A stretch of DNA of 61,483 bases from contig JAWOID010000123.1 in the NCBI GenBank assembly GCA_046484865.1, positions 1-61,483 on the forward strand. The letters run 5' to 3'. Source of the stretch: Candidatus Krumholzibacteriia bacterium (GTDB lineage: Bacteria; Krumholzibacteriota; Krumholzibacteriia; LZORAL124-64-63). Below, in pieces: positions 1 through 8,756 of the stretch; position 1 is the stretch's first letter; the number at the start of each line of letters is the position of its first letter. A model generated the notes under the pieces. That model was not told the origin of the DNA. It was given only the letters and a program-made list of their open reading frames with translations, and searched no databases. Both the position numbers and the translations under genes were made by a program.

Positions 1-250
1 CTGGTGCCGCGGCCTGAACGGCCACCGGCACTGCCGGCTCGGGCGGACGGCCACCGGCACCGGCGCCGCGCGCCGGGGTCTGGGCCCGTGCCTCGCCGCC
101 ATCGTCGCCACAGCCGGCGAGCGCCAGGGGAATGGCGAGCGCCAGGCAGGCCACGACCGCCCCCGCCGTCGGCCGCAGCCGGAATGAGACGCGCGGCCAC
201 CGTCTCGCCTCGGTGGCGGAGATGCGGCTGGAACGTGGACGGAGCGTCAT
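1..250 (-). CDS. Lipoprotein, probable RND efflux periplasmic adaptor (MFP) subunit, N-terminal part only (runs off window edge)
   Basis: Not in ORF track. ATG at 250 preceded by GAGGAG. Translation MTLRPRSSRISATEARRWPRVSFRLRPTAGAVVACLALAIPLALAGCGDDGG...PEPAVPVAVQAAAP has a lipobox (LAGC) and an AVPVAV motif typical of MFP N-termini; open to position 1. Confidence 0.6.
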   Translation of the reverse strand, partial: MTLRPRSSRISATEARRWPRVSFRLRPTAGAVVACLALAIPLALAGCGDDGGEARAQTPARGAGAGGRPPEPAVPVAVQAAAP

Positions 251-525
251 CGCTTGACTCCTCGACCGATGCGGTGCGGACGGGCTCGCGAACGGGCGGA
301 CGGCAAAGAGGGTCGCTCCGTGCCACGGATCGACCGACATCTCAAGTTCGTCAATGGACGGTGTACGCGCAAAGACCCACGGAGTTGCGGGAATATTCCG
401 GCGGCGGCCGGGAACGGCCTCGCGCGAGGCGAGTTTCGCCCTGGTCCGCCGGAACACATGGGCTACTATGGTTCAGGATGCCGGCGGCCGGCCGGCTACC
501 GCTCACCTCGTCCGGAAGGTCTGCG

Positions 526-1797
526 ATGTCGCGCCCACGTTGCTGTCCGCTCGACCTGGCCCCCGACCCTCGCCGCGCACGGTCCATCGGTCTGCCCCGT
601 CTCGCCAGCCTGGTCCGTCGCGCCTGCCGGGCCCGTCGCGCCCGCCCGGCCCGTCTCGCCTGCCTGACCCGTCTCGCCCGGCCGGCCCGTCTCGCTTCCC
701 TCGTCCCGGTGGCGCTGCTGCTGGCCGCCCTGGCCGCGCCGGGTCTCCCGGCGATGGCTCAGCAGGCGCCGGCCGCCGGTCCGCCCACGCTGTCCGACGT
801 GCAGGACCAGGTGCAGCGCGTGCTGAACAGGCTGGAGGGCTATCAGCACCGTCTCGACGTCCTGGAGAAGAAGATCGACGACGTGCTGTGGTTCGAGCGC
901 GTGGGCGACGTGGCGCGGGTGGACAAGGTGCGCATCTGGGGCCCGCCGAAGTGGCGGGAAGAGAGCGAGACGGCCATCGGCGCCGGAAATCCGGTCAAGT
1001 TCTACGCCTACGTGATCTTGCCGCGTGACGTCGATCGCGGCGGCAAGATCCCGCTGCTGGTCTTCCCGCACGGAGGCGTGCACGCCGACTTCTCCACCTA
1101 TTACGCGCACATCGTGCGCGAACTGGTCGCCCAGGGCTACGCGGTGGTGGCGCCGGAGTACCGCGGCTCCACCGGCTACGGCCGCGACCTCTACGAGAGC
1201 ATCGACTACGGCGGCCTGGAGGTGGAGGATGCCCACGCCGCGCGCCAGTACATGCTGGAGAACTACGCCGTCGTCGACGAGGAGCGCGTGGGCCTGATCG
1301 GCTGGAGCCACGGCGGACTGATCAGCCTGATGGCGGCGTTCCGGTATCCGGACGACTACGCGGCGGTGTACGCCGGGGTGCCGGTCAGCGACCTGATCTC
1401 GCGCCTCGGCTACCTGGACGACGACTACCGCGCCCTGTACTCGGCCGACTACCACATCGGACAGCAGGTGCACGAGAACATCGCCGAGTACCGCCGCCGC
1501 TCGCCCGTCTGGCATGCCGACAAGCTGCAGATCCCGCTGCTGATCCACACCAACACCAGCGACGAGGACGTGAACGTGCTCGAGGTGGAGCACCTGATTC
1601 ATGCCCTGAAGGCCGCGGAGAAGGATTTCGAGTACGAGATCTACCGGGACGCGCCCGGGGGGCACAGCTTCGACCGGCTGGACACCCGCCAGGCGCAGGA
1701 GATCCGGCTGAAGGTCTACCGGTTCCTCGCCCGTCACCTCTCGCCTCCTGAGCCCCTGGAGACCATCGAGGAACTGCATGCTGCCGGATACCGCTGA
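526..1797 (+). CDS. Secreted S9 (prolyl oligopeptidase-like) alpha/beta hydrolase
   Basis: PHGGVH, EYRGSTGYG, nucleophile GWSHGG, D(EDVN) and GGHSF catalytic motifs; hydrophobic signal segment before AQQAP. Start at ATG 526 (GGAAGG upstream) is inferred; the true start could be later. Confidence 0.85.
   Translation: MSRPRCCPLDLAPDPRRARSIGLPRLASLVRRACRARRARPARLACLTRLARPARLASLVPVALLLAALAAPGLPAMAQQAPAAGPPTLSDVQDQVQRVLNRLEGYQHRLDVLEKKIDDVLWFERVGDVARVDKVRIWGPPKWREESETAIGAGNPVKFYAYVILPRDVDRGGKIPLLVFPHGGVHADFSTYYAHIVRELVAQGYAVVAPEYRGSTGYGRDLYESIDYGGLEVEDAHAARQYMLENYAVVDEERVGLIGWSHGGLISLMAAFRYPDDYAAVYAGVPVSDLISRLGYLDDDYRALYSADYHIGQQVHENIAEYRRRSPVWHADKLQIPLLIHTNTSDEDVNVLEVEHLIHALKAAEKDFEYEIYRDAPGGHSFDRLDTRQAQEIRLKVYRFLARHLSPPEPLETIEELHAAGYR
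598..705 (+). repeat. Imperfect 18-bp tandem repeat (about 6 copies) encoding RLASLV/RRARPA-like hexapeptides in the signal-peptide n-region
   Basis: Recurrent CCCGTCTCGCC/CCCGTCGCGCC core at 18-bp spacing. Confidence 0.7.
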
Positions 1798-2746
1798 TCC
1801 GCGCAGCGGTTCCTCGCCGCCGCTGTCACGTCGCCGGATGCTGCTTTGGCTCGGGGCACTGGCGCTGGTGCTGGTTCCGTTTTTCCTGCCGATCCCGCAC
1901 CGGTTGCAGTACAACCCGGTCATCGGTGCCCTCGGCGACCGGGCGCATATCGTCCTGCTCTTCCTGGTGACCCTGCTGCTGGCGCGCTGGCGGCCGCTGC
2001 GGGCGCCGCTCTGGCGGGCGGTGGTGGTGGCGGCGTTCATCGGCGGAGCCATCGAAGGACTTCAGACCTTGGTGGGGAGGTCCGCCCGGTGGCACGACTT
2101 CCAGCTCGACCTGATCGGGATCGGGCTGGCCTGGTGCTGGCTGGAGTGGCGGCGGCGGCGCGCGCCGCTGGCGGCGTTCGGCGGGGCCGCCCTGGTGGCC
2201 CTCACGGCGTGGCAGCTCCTCTACCTGCCCGGCCTGATCGCAGCTCGCTTCCAGATCCAGCGGCAGTTTCCCGAACTCGCCGACTTCGGCCACCCGCAGG
2301 CCCCGGCGCTGTGGGACGAACAGCAGAACGCGGCGGTCGCGTTCCCCGACCTGGGCCCCCCCCGCGGTCGCGTCCTGCGCCTGGCCGGCGCGCCGCCCCA
2401 CGACTGGCCCGGCGCGGTCATGAGGCACTTCCCGCCCGACTGGACGCCCTACGCGCGACTCGAGTTCATGGCCCGGGCCGTCGCGCCCGGCTCGCCGCCG
2501 GTGCGGATCGGCGTGCGACTGGACGATTTCGACTCCGCCCGCCACAAGGCCTGGGCCGTGTACACCGTGCTCGCGACCGAGGACTGGCAGACCTACTCCC
2601 TGCCGCTGGGAGCGACCGACGCCGGCCGCGGACGCCGACCGTTGCGGTTGCAGGACATGCACAGCCTGCTCTTCTTCTTCCCGCGGCCGGCCGACTCGGT
2701 GGCGGTGGAGATCGACGAGGTGCGGCTGTTGCGGGATGATCCTTGA
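1778..2746 (+). CDS. VanZ-like membrane protein with C-terminal carbohydrate-binding (CIA30/CBM-like) domain
   Basis: TM helices with DRAH...IEGLQTLVGRSARWHDFQLDLIG (VanZ-like); C-terminal beta-sandwich-like DWTPYARLEF...WQTYSLPL...VEIDEVRL. Confidence 0.65.
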   Translation: MLPDTADPRSGSSPPLSRRRMLLWLGALALVLVPFFLPIPHRLQYNPVIGALGDRAHIVLLFLVTLLLARWRPLRAPLWRAVVVAAFIGGAIEGLQTLVGRSARWHDFQLDLIGIGLAWCWLEWRRRRAPLAAFGGAALVALTAWQLLYLPGLIAARFQIQRQFPELADFGHPQAPALWDEQQNAAVAFPDLGPPRGRVLRLAGAPPHDWPGAVMRHFPPDWTPYARLEFMARAVAPGSPPVRIGVRLDDFDSARHKAWAVYTVLATEDWQTYSLPLGATDAGRGRRPLRLQDMHSLLFFFPRPADSVAVEIDEVRLLRDDP

Positions 2747-2771
2747 CACCTCCGGGGGCGGCGCGTATCCT
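2743..2771 (+). promoter_or_regulatory. Sigma70-type promoter
   Basis: TTGACA (2743-2748), 17-bp spacer, TATCCT (2766-2771). Confidence 0.75.
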
Positions 2772-2780
2772 GCCCTCGCG

Positions 2781-2812
2781 TCCTTTAACCGTGGCCCGTG
2801 AGCCCGAAAGGA
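2781..2812 (+). promoter_or_regulatory. PyrR-binding-loop-like RNA hairpin 1
   Basis: TCCTTT-AA-CCGTGGC-CCGTGA-GCCCG-AAAGGA: lower stem with UUUAA bulge and CNGNGA hexaloop. Confidence 0.6.
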
Positions 2813-2848
2813 TCACCGATCTTGAAGCGCCCCGAGCGGACCATCGCC

Positions 2849-2881
2849 ACCCCGACGCCTCCGGCGTGCGGGGTATTTTTC
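2849..2881 (+). terminator. Leader (attenuator-like) Rho-independent terminator
   Basis: ACCCCG-ACGCC-TCC-GGCGT-G-CGGGGT followed by ATTTTT, between promoter and start codon. Confidence 0.65.
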
Positions 2882-2912
2882 TGCGCGGAATCCGGCCGCT
2901 CGCAGGGGCTCA

Positions 2913-2953
2913 TCCTCCTTTAACTGGCGTCCGTGAGCGCCAGAAGGACAGGA
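2913..2953 (+). promoter_or_regulatory. PyrR-binding-loop-like RNA hairpin 2, overlapping the RBS
   Basis: TCCTT-TAA-CTGGCGT-CCGTGA-GCGCCAG-AAGGA; the 3' arm runs into the AGGAG SD of the 2959 start. Confidence 0.6.
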
Positions 2954-2958
2954 GACCG

Positions 2959-4098
2959 ATGAACACCAGCGAACGCCCGACCGTTCTGCGCTCCACGCGC
3001 TTCCAGGCACCCGGCGAGCCCCTGCCCCTGCGGCGCCGGCTCGGCATCCACAACCAGGTCGTGCGCGCGCTGCGCGGCTACCTGCAGGACCATGGCTTCG
3101 TCGAGGTGCCGGTGCCCCAGCTCACCGCCGCCACCGGCAGCAGCGAAGTCGTCGATTCGGCTTTCAGCCTCGACGACTTCGGCAACCTGGCCTTTCCGCG
3201 GCAGACCGGACAGCTGTTCCTGGAGGAGCTGGTGGCGGGGGGCCTCGACCGCGTGTACTGCGAGGGCGAGAGCCTGCGCCGCGAATGGAAGCAGGACGAG
3301 CGCCACCTGACCGAGTTCAAGCTCGTGGAGGTGGAGGCGCGCGACCTGGATCTCGCGGACCTCGTCGCCCTGCAGGAAGCGCTGCTCAAGCACGTCCTGC
3401 TGCAGCTGGACGCAGACCTCGTCGGCGGACGGCACGTCACCCGGCTGGAAAGGGTCGTGTGCAGCGAGCACCCGCGACTCACCTATCGCGAGGCGCTGAC
3501 GGCGCTGAACCGTCGCGGCTGGTCCATGCCGTTCGGCGAGGATCTCCATCGCGACGCCGAGGCGGCCCTGGTCCGCTACTGCGGCAACCTGCCCGTCCAT
3601 GTCACCCACTGGCCCGAGCAACTCGAGTTCTTCAACGCCCGCCTCCACCCCGCCGACCCGACCGTGGTCGAGAGCGTGGATTACGTCCTGCCCCACGCCG
3701 GCGAGACCTGCGGCGGATCCGTGCGGGAAGCCGATGCCTCCACGCTGGAGCGCCGGCTGCACGAGAGCGCGATGTACCGTCACCTGCGCCGGCGGGCGCG
3801 GGAGTTCGCCCAGATCCGCGCCGCCGCCCGCGCCCCGGGGGGTCGCCACCGCGATGTCGACGAACTGATCGCCGATTCGCAGGCCGGCATCGACGAGGCC
3901 TTCGGCGCCTATCTCGCCCGGTTCGCTCCCCGGCCGGTGCCTCGCGCGGGATTCGGGCTGGGCGTGGCCCGCCTGCTGCAGTTCGTGATGGGACTCGACA
4001 GCATCAAGGATGCCGTGGTCTATCCGCTCGACCGCACCAGCCTCGGGGCTGCGGCCGGTCGTGGCGACGCCCTGCACAGTTCGGCCGGCATCGCCTGA
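2959..4098 (+). CDS. Asparaginyl-tRNA synthetase paralog lacking the anticodon-binding domain (class IIb aaRS catalytic core; asparagine synthetase AS-AR/AsnRS2-like)
   Basis: Motif 1 GFVEVPVPQL, QTGQLFLE, motif 2 SLRRE...RHLTEFKLVEVE, GETCGGSVRE, motif 3 GFGLGVARLL...IKDAVVYP; no N-terminal OB fold. ATG 2959 after AGGAG. Confidence 0.8.
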   Translation: MNTSERPTVLRSTRFQAPGEPLPLRRRLGIHNQVVRALRGYLQDHGFVEVPVPQLTAATGSSEVVDSAFSLDDFGNLAFPRQTGQLFLEELVAGGLDRVYCEGESLRREWKQDERHLTEFKLVEVEARDLDLADLVALQEALLKHVLLQLDADLVGGRHVTRLERVVCSEHPRLTYREALTALNRRGWSMPFGEDLHRDAEAALVRYCGNLPVHVTHWPEQLEFFNARLHPADPTVVESVDYVLPHAGETCGGSVREADASTLERRLHESAMYRHLRRRAREFAQIRAAARAPGGRHRDVDELIADSQAGIDEAFGAYLARFAPRPVPRAGFGLGVARLLQFVMGLDSIKDAVVYPLDRTSLGAAAGRGDALHSSAGIA

Positions 4099-4132
4099 CC
4101 TCCGCGCAACCGCGCGTCACTCCGACGAACGA

Positions 4133-4170
4133 CGTCCGCCCCCGGCGCAACCGGGGGCGGACGCTCTTTC
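4133..4170. terminator. Terminator hairpin between convergent genes
   Basis: Perfect 13-bp stem CGTCCGCCCCCGG/CCGGGGGCGGACG, loop CGCAA, followed by CTCTTTC. Confidence 0.7.
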
Positions 4171-4209
4171 GCGCTGTCGCTCCTGCGCTCGACCGCTGGC
4201 GGGTCGGGG

Positions 4210-4884
4210 CTACCGATACAGCTCCTTCACACCGGACCAGGTGCTCTCCTCGGCGCTCACCTGATCACAGGCGTTGGGCTCGCCGGGGGTGTCCAGCGTA
4301 CAGGCGTCGAACAGCCCGATGTACCAGCTGCCTTCGCAGAACAGCACGTGCCCGGGCACGAACGTGCCGTCCGGCCCCACCTGGGTATCGCAATACACGA
4401 GGTCGCCGCCTCCGACTTCCTCGAGCAACGCCACGCAGTCGATGATCTCGGTCCAGGGCGTGACGTCGAGAACGCCGTCGTCGTCGACGTCCAGATCGTC
4501 TCCGTCGGCGCCGACGAACCCCGAGACGAGAAGATGCGTCACATTGTCGCTGTTCTCGAAGTTCATCGGCAACTCGACGTCGTAGCCGCCCTCCGTGTAG
4601 TTGCAGAACGGGACGGTCCCATCCTTGTGGACGGAGAGCAGGCCGTCATCCAGCAGGGTGTAGCCGGTGAGATCGGTGACGCTCTCGATGACGCCGCTGC
4701 CGGCGGCACCGTCCCCGATCACGATGTAGGTGAGCCCGTCGAGGATCTCTCCGGGCTGGCCAGCGAGTTCGAAGTACTCGTCGGTGTCCGTTCCCGGATG
4801 GTCGATCCGGATCTCGTTGATCTGGACGGCCGAGGCGGGAACGGCAAGCAGCATCGCGGCGGCCAGAACGATAACACTCTTCAT
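4210..4884 (-). CDS. Secreted protein, lamin-tail-like domain, with C-terminal TWSGVKELYR motif
   Basis: Signal peptide MKSVIVLAAAMLLAVPASA; INEIRID..G.D.DEYFELAG and final TPGEPN are lamin-tail-like; acidic DxDDDG loops. Confidence 0.7.
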   Translation of the reverse strand: MKSVIVLAAAMLLAVPASAVQINEIRIDHPGTDTDEYFELAGQPGEILDGLTYIVIGDGAAGSGVIESVTDLTGYTLLDDGLLSVHKDGTVPFCNYTEGGYDVELPMNFENSDNVTHLLVSGFVGADGDDLDVDDDGVLDVTPWTEIIDCVALLEEVGGGDLVYCDTQVGPDGTFVPGHVLFCEGSWYIGLFDACTLDTPGEPNACDQVSAEESTWSGVKELYR

Positions 4885-5004
4885 GGCGAATCCCCTCTCG
4901 TTGACTTCGGGGTGTCAACAGGACGATAGGGCGGGCTCTACCTCCCGCCATGGGGGTCCCCCGGATGAACCTGGCGGGAGATCGTCGGCCACGATCCGGC
5001 GGGA

Positions 5005-8000
5005 TCACGGGACGGCGCGGTCCAGGTCATCGGTCGCGACCAGCGGCCGTGCGCGGCCGTCGCCGGCGAGAGCGGTGAAGAGGATCCAGCAGCGCACGCT
5101 CCGCTCGGGCCAGAGCGCCGCCAGCGCCTCGCGGTAGCGCACCAGCTGCGGCCGGTAGCGGTCGGTGAGGCGCTCCAGATCGTCGAGCGAAGCGATCTGG
5201 TTGCTCTTGTAGTCGATGATGTCCACCCGGTCGCCGCGCACGATGAGCCGGTCGATGGCTCCGAGGACGCGCTGCTCGGCGCGGCCGGACCCGGCGGGCC
5301 GCGAGCGATGGATCACCGGCACCTCGCACAGTCCGCGCCCTCCCTCGCGCTCCGGGTGGAAGATCCAGGCGAGGTCCGGGTGCGAGAACACCGCGCCGGC
5401 CTCATCCCACTCCGGACCGCTGCCCGCCGGCATCCGGCCGGACTCGGCCGCCGCCTGCAGCCAGGCGTGGATCCGTTCGCCTCGCTCGCGGGCGCGGTCA
5501 GGAGGTGCGCCGCCCGGTGCCGCCGGAGGTGCGCCGCCCGGTGCCGCCGGAGGTGCGCCGCCCGGGACTGTCGGAGGCGGGCCGCCCGCCTGTTCGCTGG
5601 CGTCGTCGCGCGCGCCGGCATCACCGGCCGCGCCGGTCTGCTCTTCGCCGGCCGCATCGGTGTGGACATCATCGACGCCCGTCCGCGACGGGGAGACGAC
5701 CTCGATCCGGGGCCCTAGCGACGGCGGTCGCCAGGAACGGGCGACCGTGGCCTTCTCGGGCACCGCCGGTCTCGCAGGCGCCCTCGGCCCCGCGGGCGCC
5801 GCGGGCGCCGCGACGGTCCGGTCGTCGCCTCCGATCGGAGGGTCGATCCGCGTCAGCGGCGCCGCTCCTTCCCGCTGCGCCGCCGTCGCGGCGTCGTCGA
5901 GCTGGCGCAGGAAGCTGTCGCGATGCTCCTCGGCGCCCCGACCGGCGGCGCCGACCACCCAGCAGGCGTCGCGAGCGCGGGTCAGGGCCACGTAGAGCAG
6001 GTTGGCGCTCTCGGCCTCCTCCTCCCGCAGCGCCGTGCCCAGAGCATCGGCGAGGCCTGCCGGTGTCCCGGCGGGCTCGCCGGCGGCCAACTCGTCGACG
6101 AGGCGGCGCGAGATCCGGTACAGCACCGGGCCACTGCCGGTCTCCGGCTGCAGGGCGAGGCGTTCGAGCCGGGGGGCGAGCCGGCGGTCGGCATCGACGA
6201 GGACGACGAACGGCGCCTCCAGTCCCTTGGCGCCGTGGATGGTCATCACCCGCACGCGCCCCACGCCTTCCTCGCCCGGATGCACCGCCTCCTCCTCGCC
6301 CGCGGTGCGCGCGGCCCGCTCGATCGACCGCGCCAGGCGCCGCAGCGTGGGATGCGGCCCGAGGTCGGTGCCGAGCGTCAGATCGAGCAACCGTAGGAGA
6401 TTGAAGTGCGCCTGCTCGCCCCGCGCCCCGGCGAAGGCCTCCAGCGCCGCGGTGTCGCGATAGATGCGCCGCAGCAGCGCATGCGGCGGCTCGCGGTCCA
6501 CGCGGCCGAGCCAGCGCTCGAGCAGCGGCACCACCGGCGCCAGGTCGGCGTCCCCCGCGCATCGCTTCAGGACCCGCCACAGGTCTCCTCCGCCTCTGCC
6601 GGCGGTGGCTCCGGTCCCGCGGCGCACGGCAAGCAGCTCGTGCACCCTGTGCTCCGGCAGACGGAAGAACGGAGAGCGCAGCACCGCGGCGAGGCAGGTC
6701 TCGTCCGCCGGGAACACGAGCCAGCGCAGCAGCGCCAGCACATCCTGCACCTCCCGGCTCACGGCCAGGGTGCCGCGCCCGGCGGGTAGGATGGGAATGC
6801 CTCGCTCGCGCAGGGCCTGTTCGTAATGCCCGACGTGCGTCCGGGCGCGGCACAGGACGAGCACGTCGCCCCACCGGGCGGGACGCCGGTGCAGGCCGCC
6901 GCCGGCGTGGTCGCGCTCGACGACCGTTCGCTCCGCCACGATCTGCGCCACCGTCTCCGCCACCCAGGCGGCGGCCGCCTCGTCGTCGCCGCCGTCGGGC
7001 CCCGCGAACGGCGTCACCAAAACCAGTTCGCCTGGGCCCTCGTCGCGGACGGGTTCCTGCGCCACGCGAGTCGCTTCCCCGGCCGGCAGCAGGTCGCGAA
7101 GGGGCGGCTGCTCGAAGAGGAGGCCCACGCCGCGCACGACCGCGGGCAGGCTGCGGAAGTTGGCGTCCAGGGCGAGCAGGCGGCCGTCGTCGCGCTGAGC
7201 GAGGAGCCGGTCCGCGCCGGCGAAGATCTGCGGCCGCGCGCCGCGAAACCGGTAGATGGACTGCTTCACGTCGCCCACGACGAACACCGTGCGCAGCCTT
7301 CCCGTGGACGAGCGGCCCGCCAGGAACTCGTGGACGAACGGACTCAGCAGCTCCCACTGGTTGTGATTGACGTCCTGGAACTCGTCTAGCAGCAGGTGCT
7401 CGAGCGCGTCGTCGAGACGGAACTGCACGTGGAGCGCTTCTTCGGGGTCCGTCATGAGCTGCCAGGCGCGCTCTTCGAGATCGTGGAAGTCGAGCACGCG
7501 ATCGCGGCTCTTCACCTCCTCGTAGATCTCCAGGGCCCGGAGCCCCGCCTCGAGCAACGCCCGGTTGTCGCGGTAGACGTCGATGCGGCGCACGACGCCG
7601 AGCAGCCGCTGCACCGGTGCGACGGCGCGGTCGAGCACGGCGTCGATCCGCGCGCGGTCGATCCGCCGGCCGGTCCTGAACCTGCGGACCGTGCCTGTGC
7701 TGGTGAAGAGGCACCGGCGGCAAGCGAGGACCGCGGCGGCCATGGCGGCCGCGGGATCGTCGCAGCCGGCGGCCGTCTCCAGATCGGCGGCGATCTCCAG
7801 CGCCTGCTTGCCGCGTGACTCCAGCTCGCTGGTGAAGCCGGCGGTCGGGGCGCCGTCCGGGACGGCGGCCACGGCCTCGAGTCCGGCGCCGGCCAGCCGG
7901 CACAGCTCGGCGGCCAGGGGGTCCGCCAGGTCGAGCGGGTCGGGATCGTCCCGGTCCGCGAGCGGCGTGCCGGAGAACAACGCCAATCGCAACTCGGTCA

Positions 8001-8754
8001 GCGCCGGCGCCAGCGATTCTCGCCAGCCGACCGCGGCCGAGGTCGGCGTCGAGGTCGCCGTCGTCACCGCGCAGGCGGCGGAGGCGGTCGTCGCCTCGTG
8101 TTCCCGCGCGGCGCGCAACAGCCACCGGCGCAGGTCCGACCGCGCACCCAGGAGCTGGCCCAGCTCGCGCCGCGTGTCCTCGGGAGTGCGACCGAGGCTC
8201 GCCAGCAGCGCGGCGCCGGCCGGATCGCGCGCCGTCTCCTGTTCCAGCCGATCCAGGGCCTCGTCCCACAGCTCGTCGGTCTTCTCCACCACGCCGAATC
8301 CCGGGTCCAGGCGCGCCTCGCAGGCGAACCGGCCCAGCAGCGTCTGACAGAAAGCGTGGATGGTTCCCACCGGCAGCGCGTCGAGGTCCTCGAGCAGCCG
8401 CTCGAACAGCACGGCGGCCCGGCGCAGCTCGTCGGCTGCGGGCTCGCGCGCGAGCAGCCGGGCCAGATCCTCGCGCAGCTCCGGCTCCGGCAGGACCGCG
8501 AAGCGCGCCGCCTGGGTGACGAGACGCTCCTTGATCTCGATCGCGGCCTTGCGAGTGAAGGTCACCGCGAGGATCGCCCGCGGCGACGTTCCGCCCAGAC
8601 AGAGCCGCAGGTAGCGGTCCACCAGGACTTTCGTCTTGCCCGAGCCGGCTCCGGCCCGCAGCACCACGGAGCAGTCAGGATCGGCCGCCTGCCGCTGCGT
8701 GGCGGTGGCCCGCGCCAGGATTTCGGCAGCCGGAGTCGCAGCGGCACGGGACAC
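5005..8754 (-). CDS. addA: ATP-dependent helicase/nuclease subunit A (UvrD-like helicase + PD-(D/E)XK nuclease)
   Basis: Walker A AGAGSGKT, VTFTRKAA, TIHAFC, DEFQD, VGDVKQSIYRFRGA, NFRS, MTIHGAKGLE, LYVALTRARD, C-terminal GAIDRL..IIDYKS; GTG 8754 after GGAAGGAGG, 2 nt after the addB stop. Confidence 0.9.
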   Translation of the reverse strand: MSRAAATPAAEILARATATQRQAADPDCSVVLRAGAGSGKTKVLVDRYLRLCLGGTSPRAILAVTFTRKAAIEIKERLVTQAARFAVLPEPELREDLARLLAREPAADELRRAAVLFERLLEDLDALPVGTIHAFCQTLLGRFACEARLDPGFGVVEKTDELWDEALDRLEQETARDPAGAALLASLGRTPEDTRRELGQLLGARSDLRRWLLRAAREHEATTASAACAVTTATSTPTSAAVGWRESLAPALTELRLALFSGTPLADRDDPDPLDLADPLAAELCRLAGAGLEAVAAVPDGAPTAGFTSELESRGKQALEIAADLETAAGCDDPAAAMAAAVLACRRCLFTSTGTVRRFRTGRRIDRARIDAVLDRAVAPVQRLLGVVRRIDVYRDNRALLEAGLRALEIYEEVKSRDRVLDFHDLEERAWQLMTDPEEALHVQFRLDDALEHLLLDEFQDVNHNQWELLSPFVHEFLAGRSSTGRLRTVFVVGDVKQSIYRFRGARPQIFAGADRLLAQRDDGRLLALDANFRSLPAVVRGVGLLFEQPPLRDLLPAGEATRVAQEPVRDEGPGELVLVTPFAGPDGGDDEAAAAWVAETVAQIVAERTVVERDHAGGGLHRRPARWGDVLVLCRARTHVGHYEQALRERGIPILPAGRGTLAVSREVQDVLALLRWLVFPADETCLAAVLRSPFFRLPEHRVHELLAVRRGTGATAGRGGGDLWRVLKRCAGDADLAPVVPLLERWLGRVDREPPHALLRRIYRDTAALEAFAGARGEQAHFNLLRLLDLTLGTDLGPHPTLRRLARSIERAARTAGEEEAVHPGEEGVGRVRVMTIHGAKGLEAPFVVLVDADRRLAPRLERLALQPETGSGPVLYRISRRLVDELAAGEPAGTPAGLADALGTALREEEAESANLLYVALTRARDACWVVGAAGRGAEEHRDSFLRQLDDAATAAQREGAAPLTRIDPPIGGDDRTVAAPAAPAGPRAPARPAVPEKATVARSWRPPSLGPRIEVVSPSRTGVDDVHTDAAGEEQTGAAGDAGARDDASEQAGGPPPTVPGGAPPAAPGGAPPAAPGGAPPDRARERGERIHAWLQAAAESGRMPAGSGPEWDEAGAVFSHPDLAWIFHPEREGGRGLCEVPVIHRSRPAGSGRAEQRVLGAIDRLIVRGDRVDIIDYKSNQIASLDDLERLTDRYRPQLVRYREALAALWPERSVRCWILFTALAGDGRARPLVATDDLDRAVP
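5501..5565. repeat. 24-bp in-frame tandem repeat (about 2.7 copies; GGAPPAAP) in the AddA helicase-nuclease linker
   Basis: GGAGGTGCGCCGCCCGGTGCCGCC repeated at 5501, 5525 and 5549 (partial). Confidence 0.85.
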
Positions 8755-8756
8755 GG

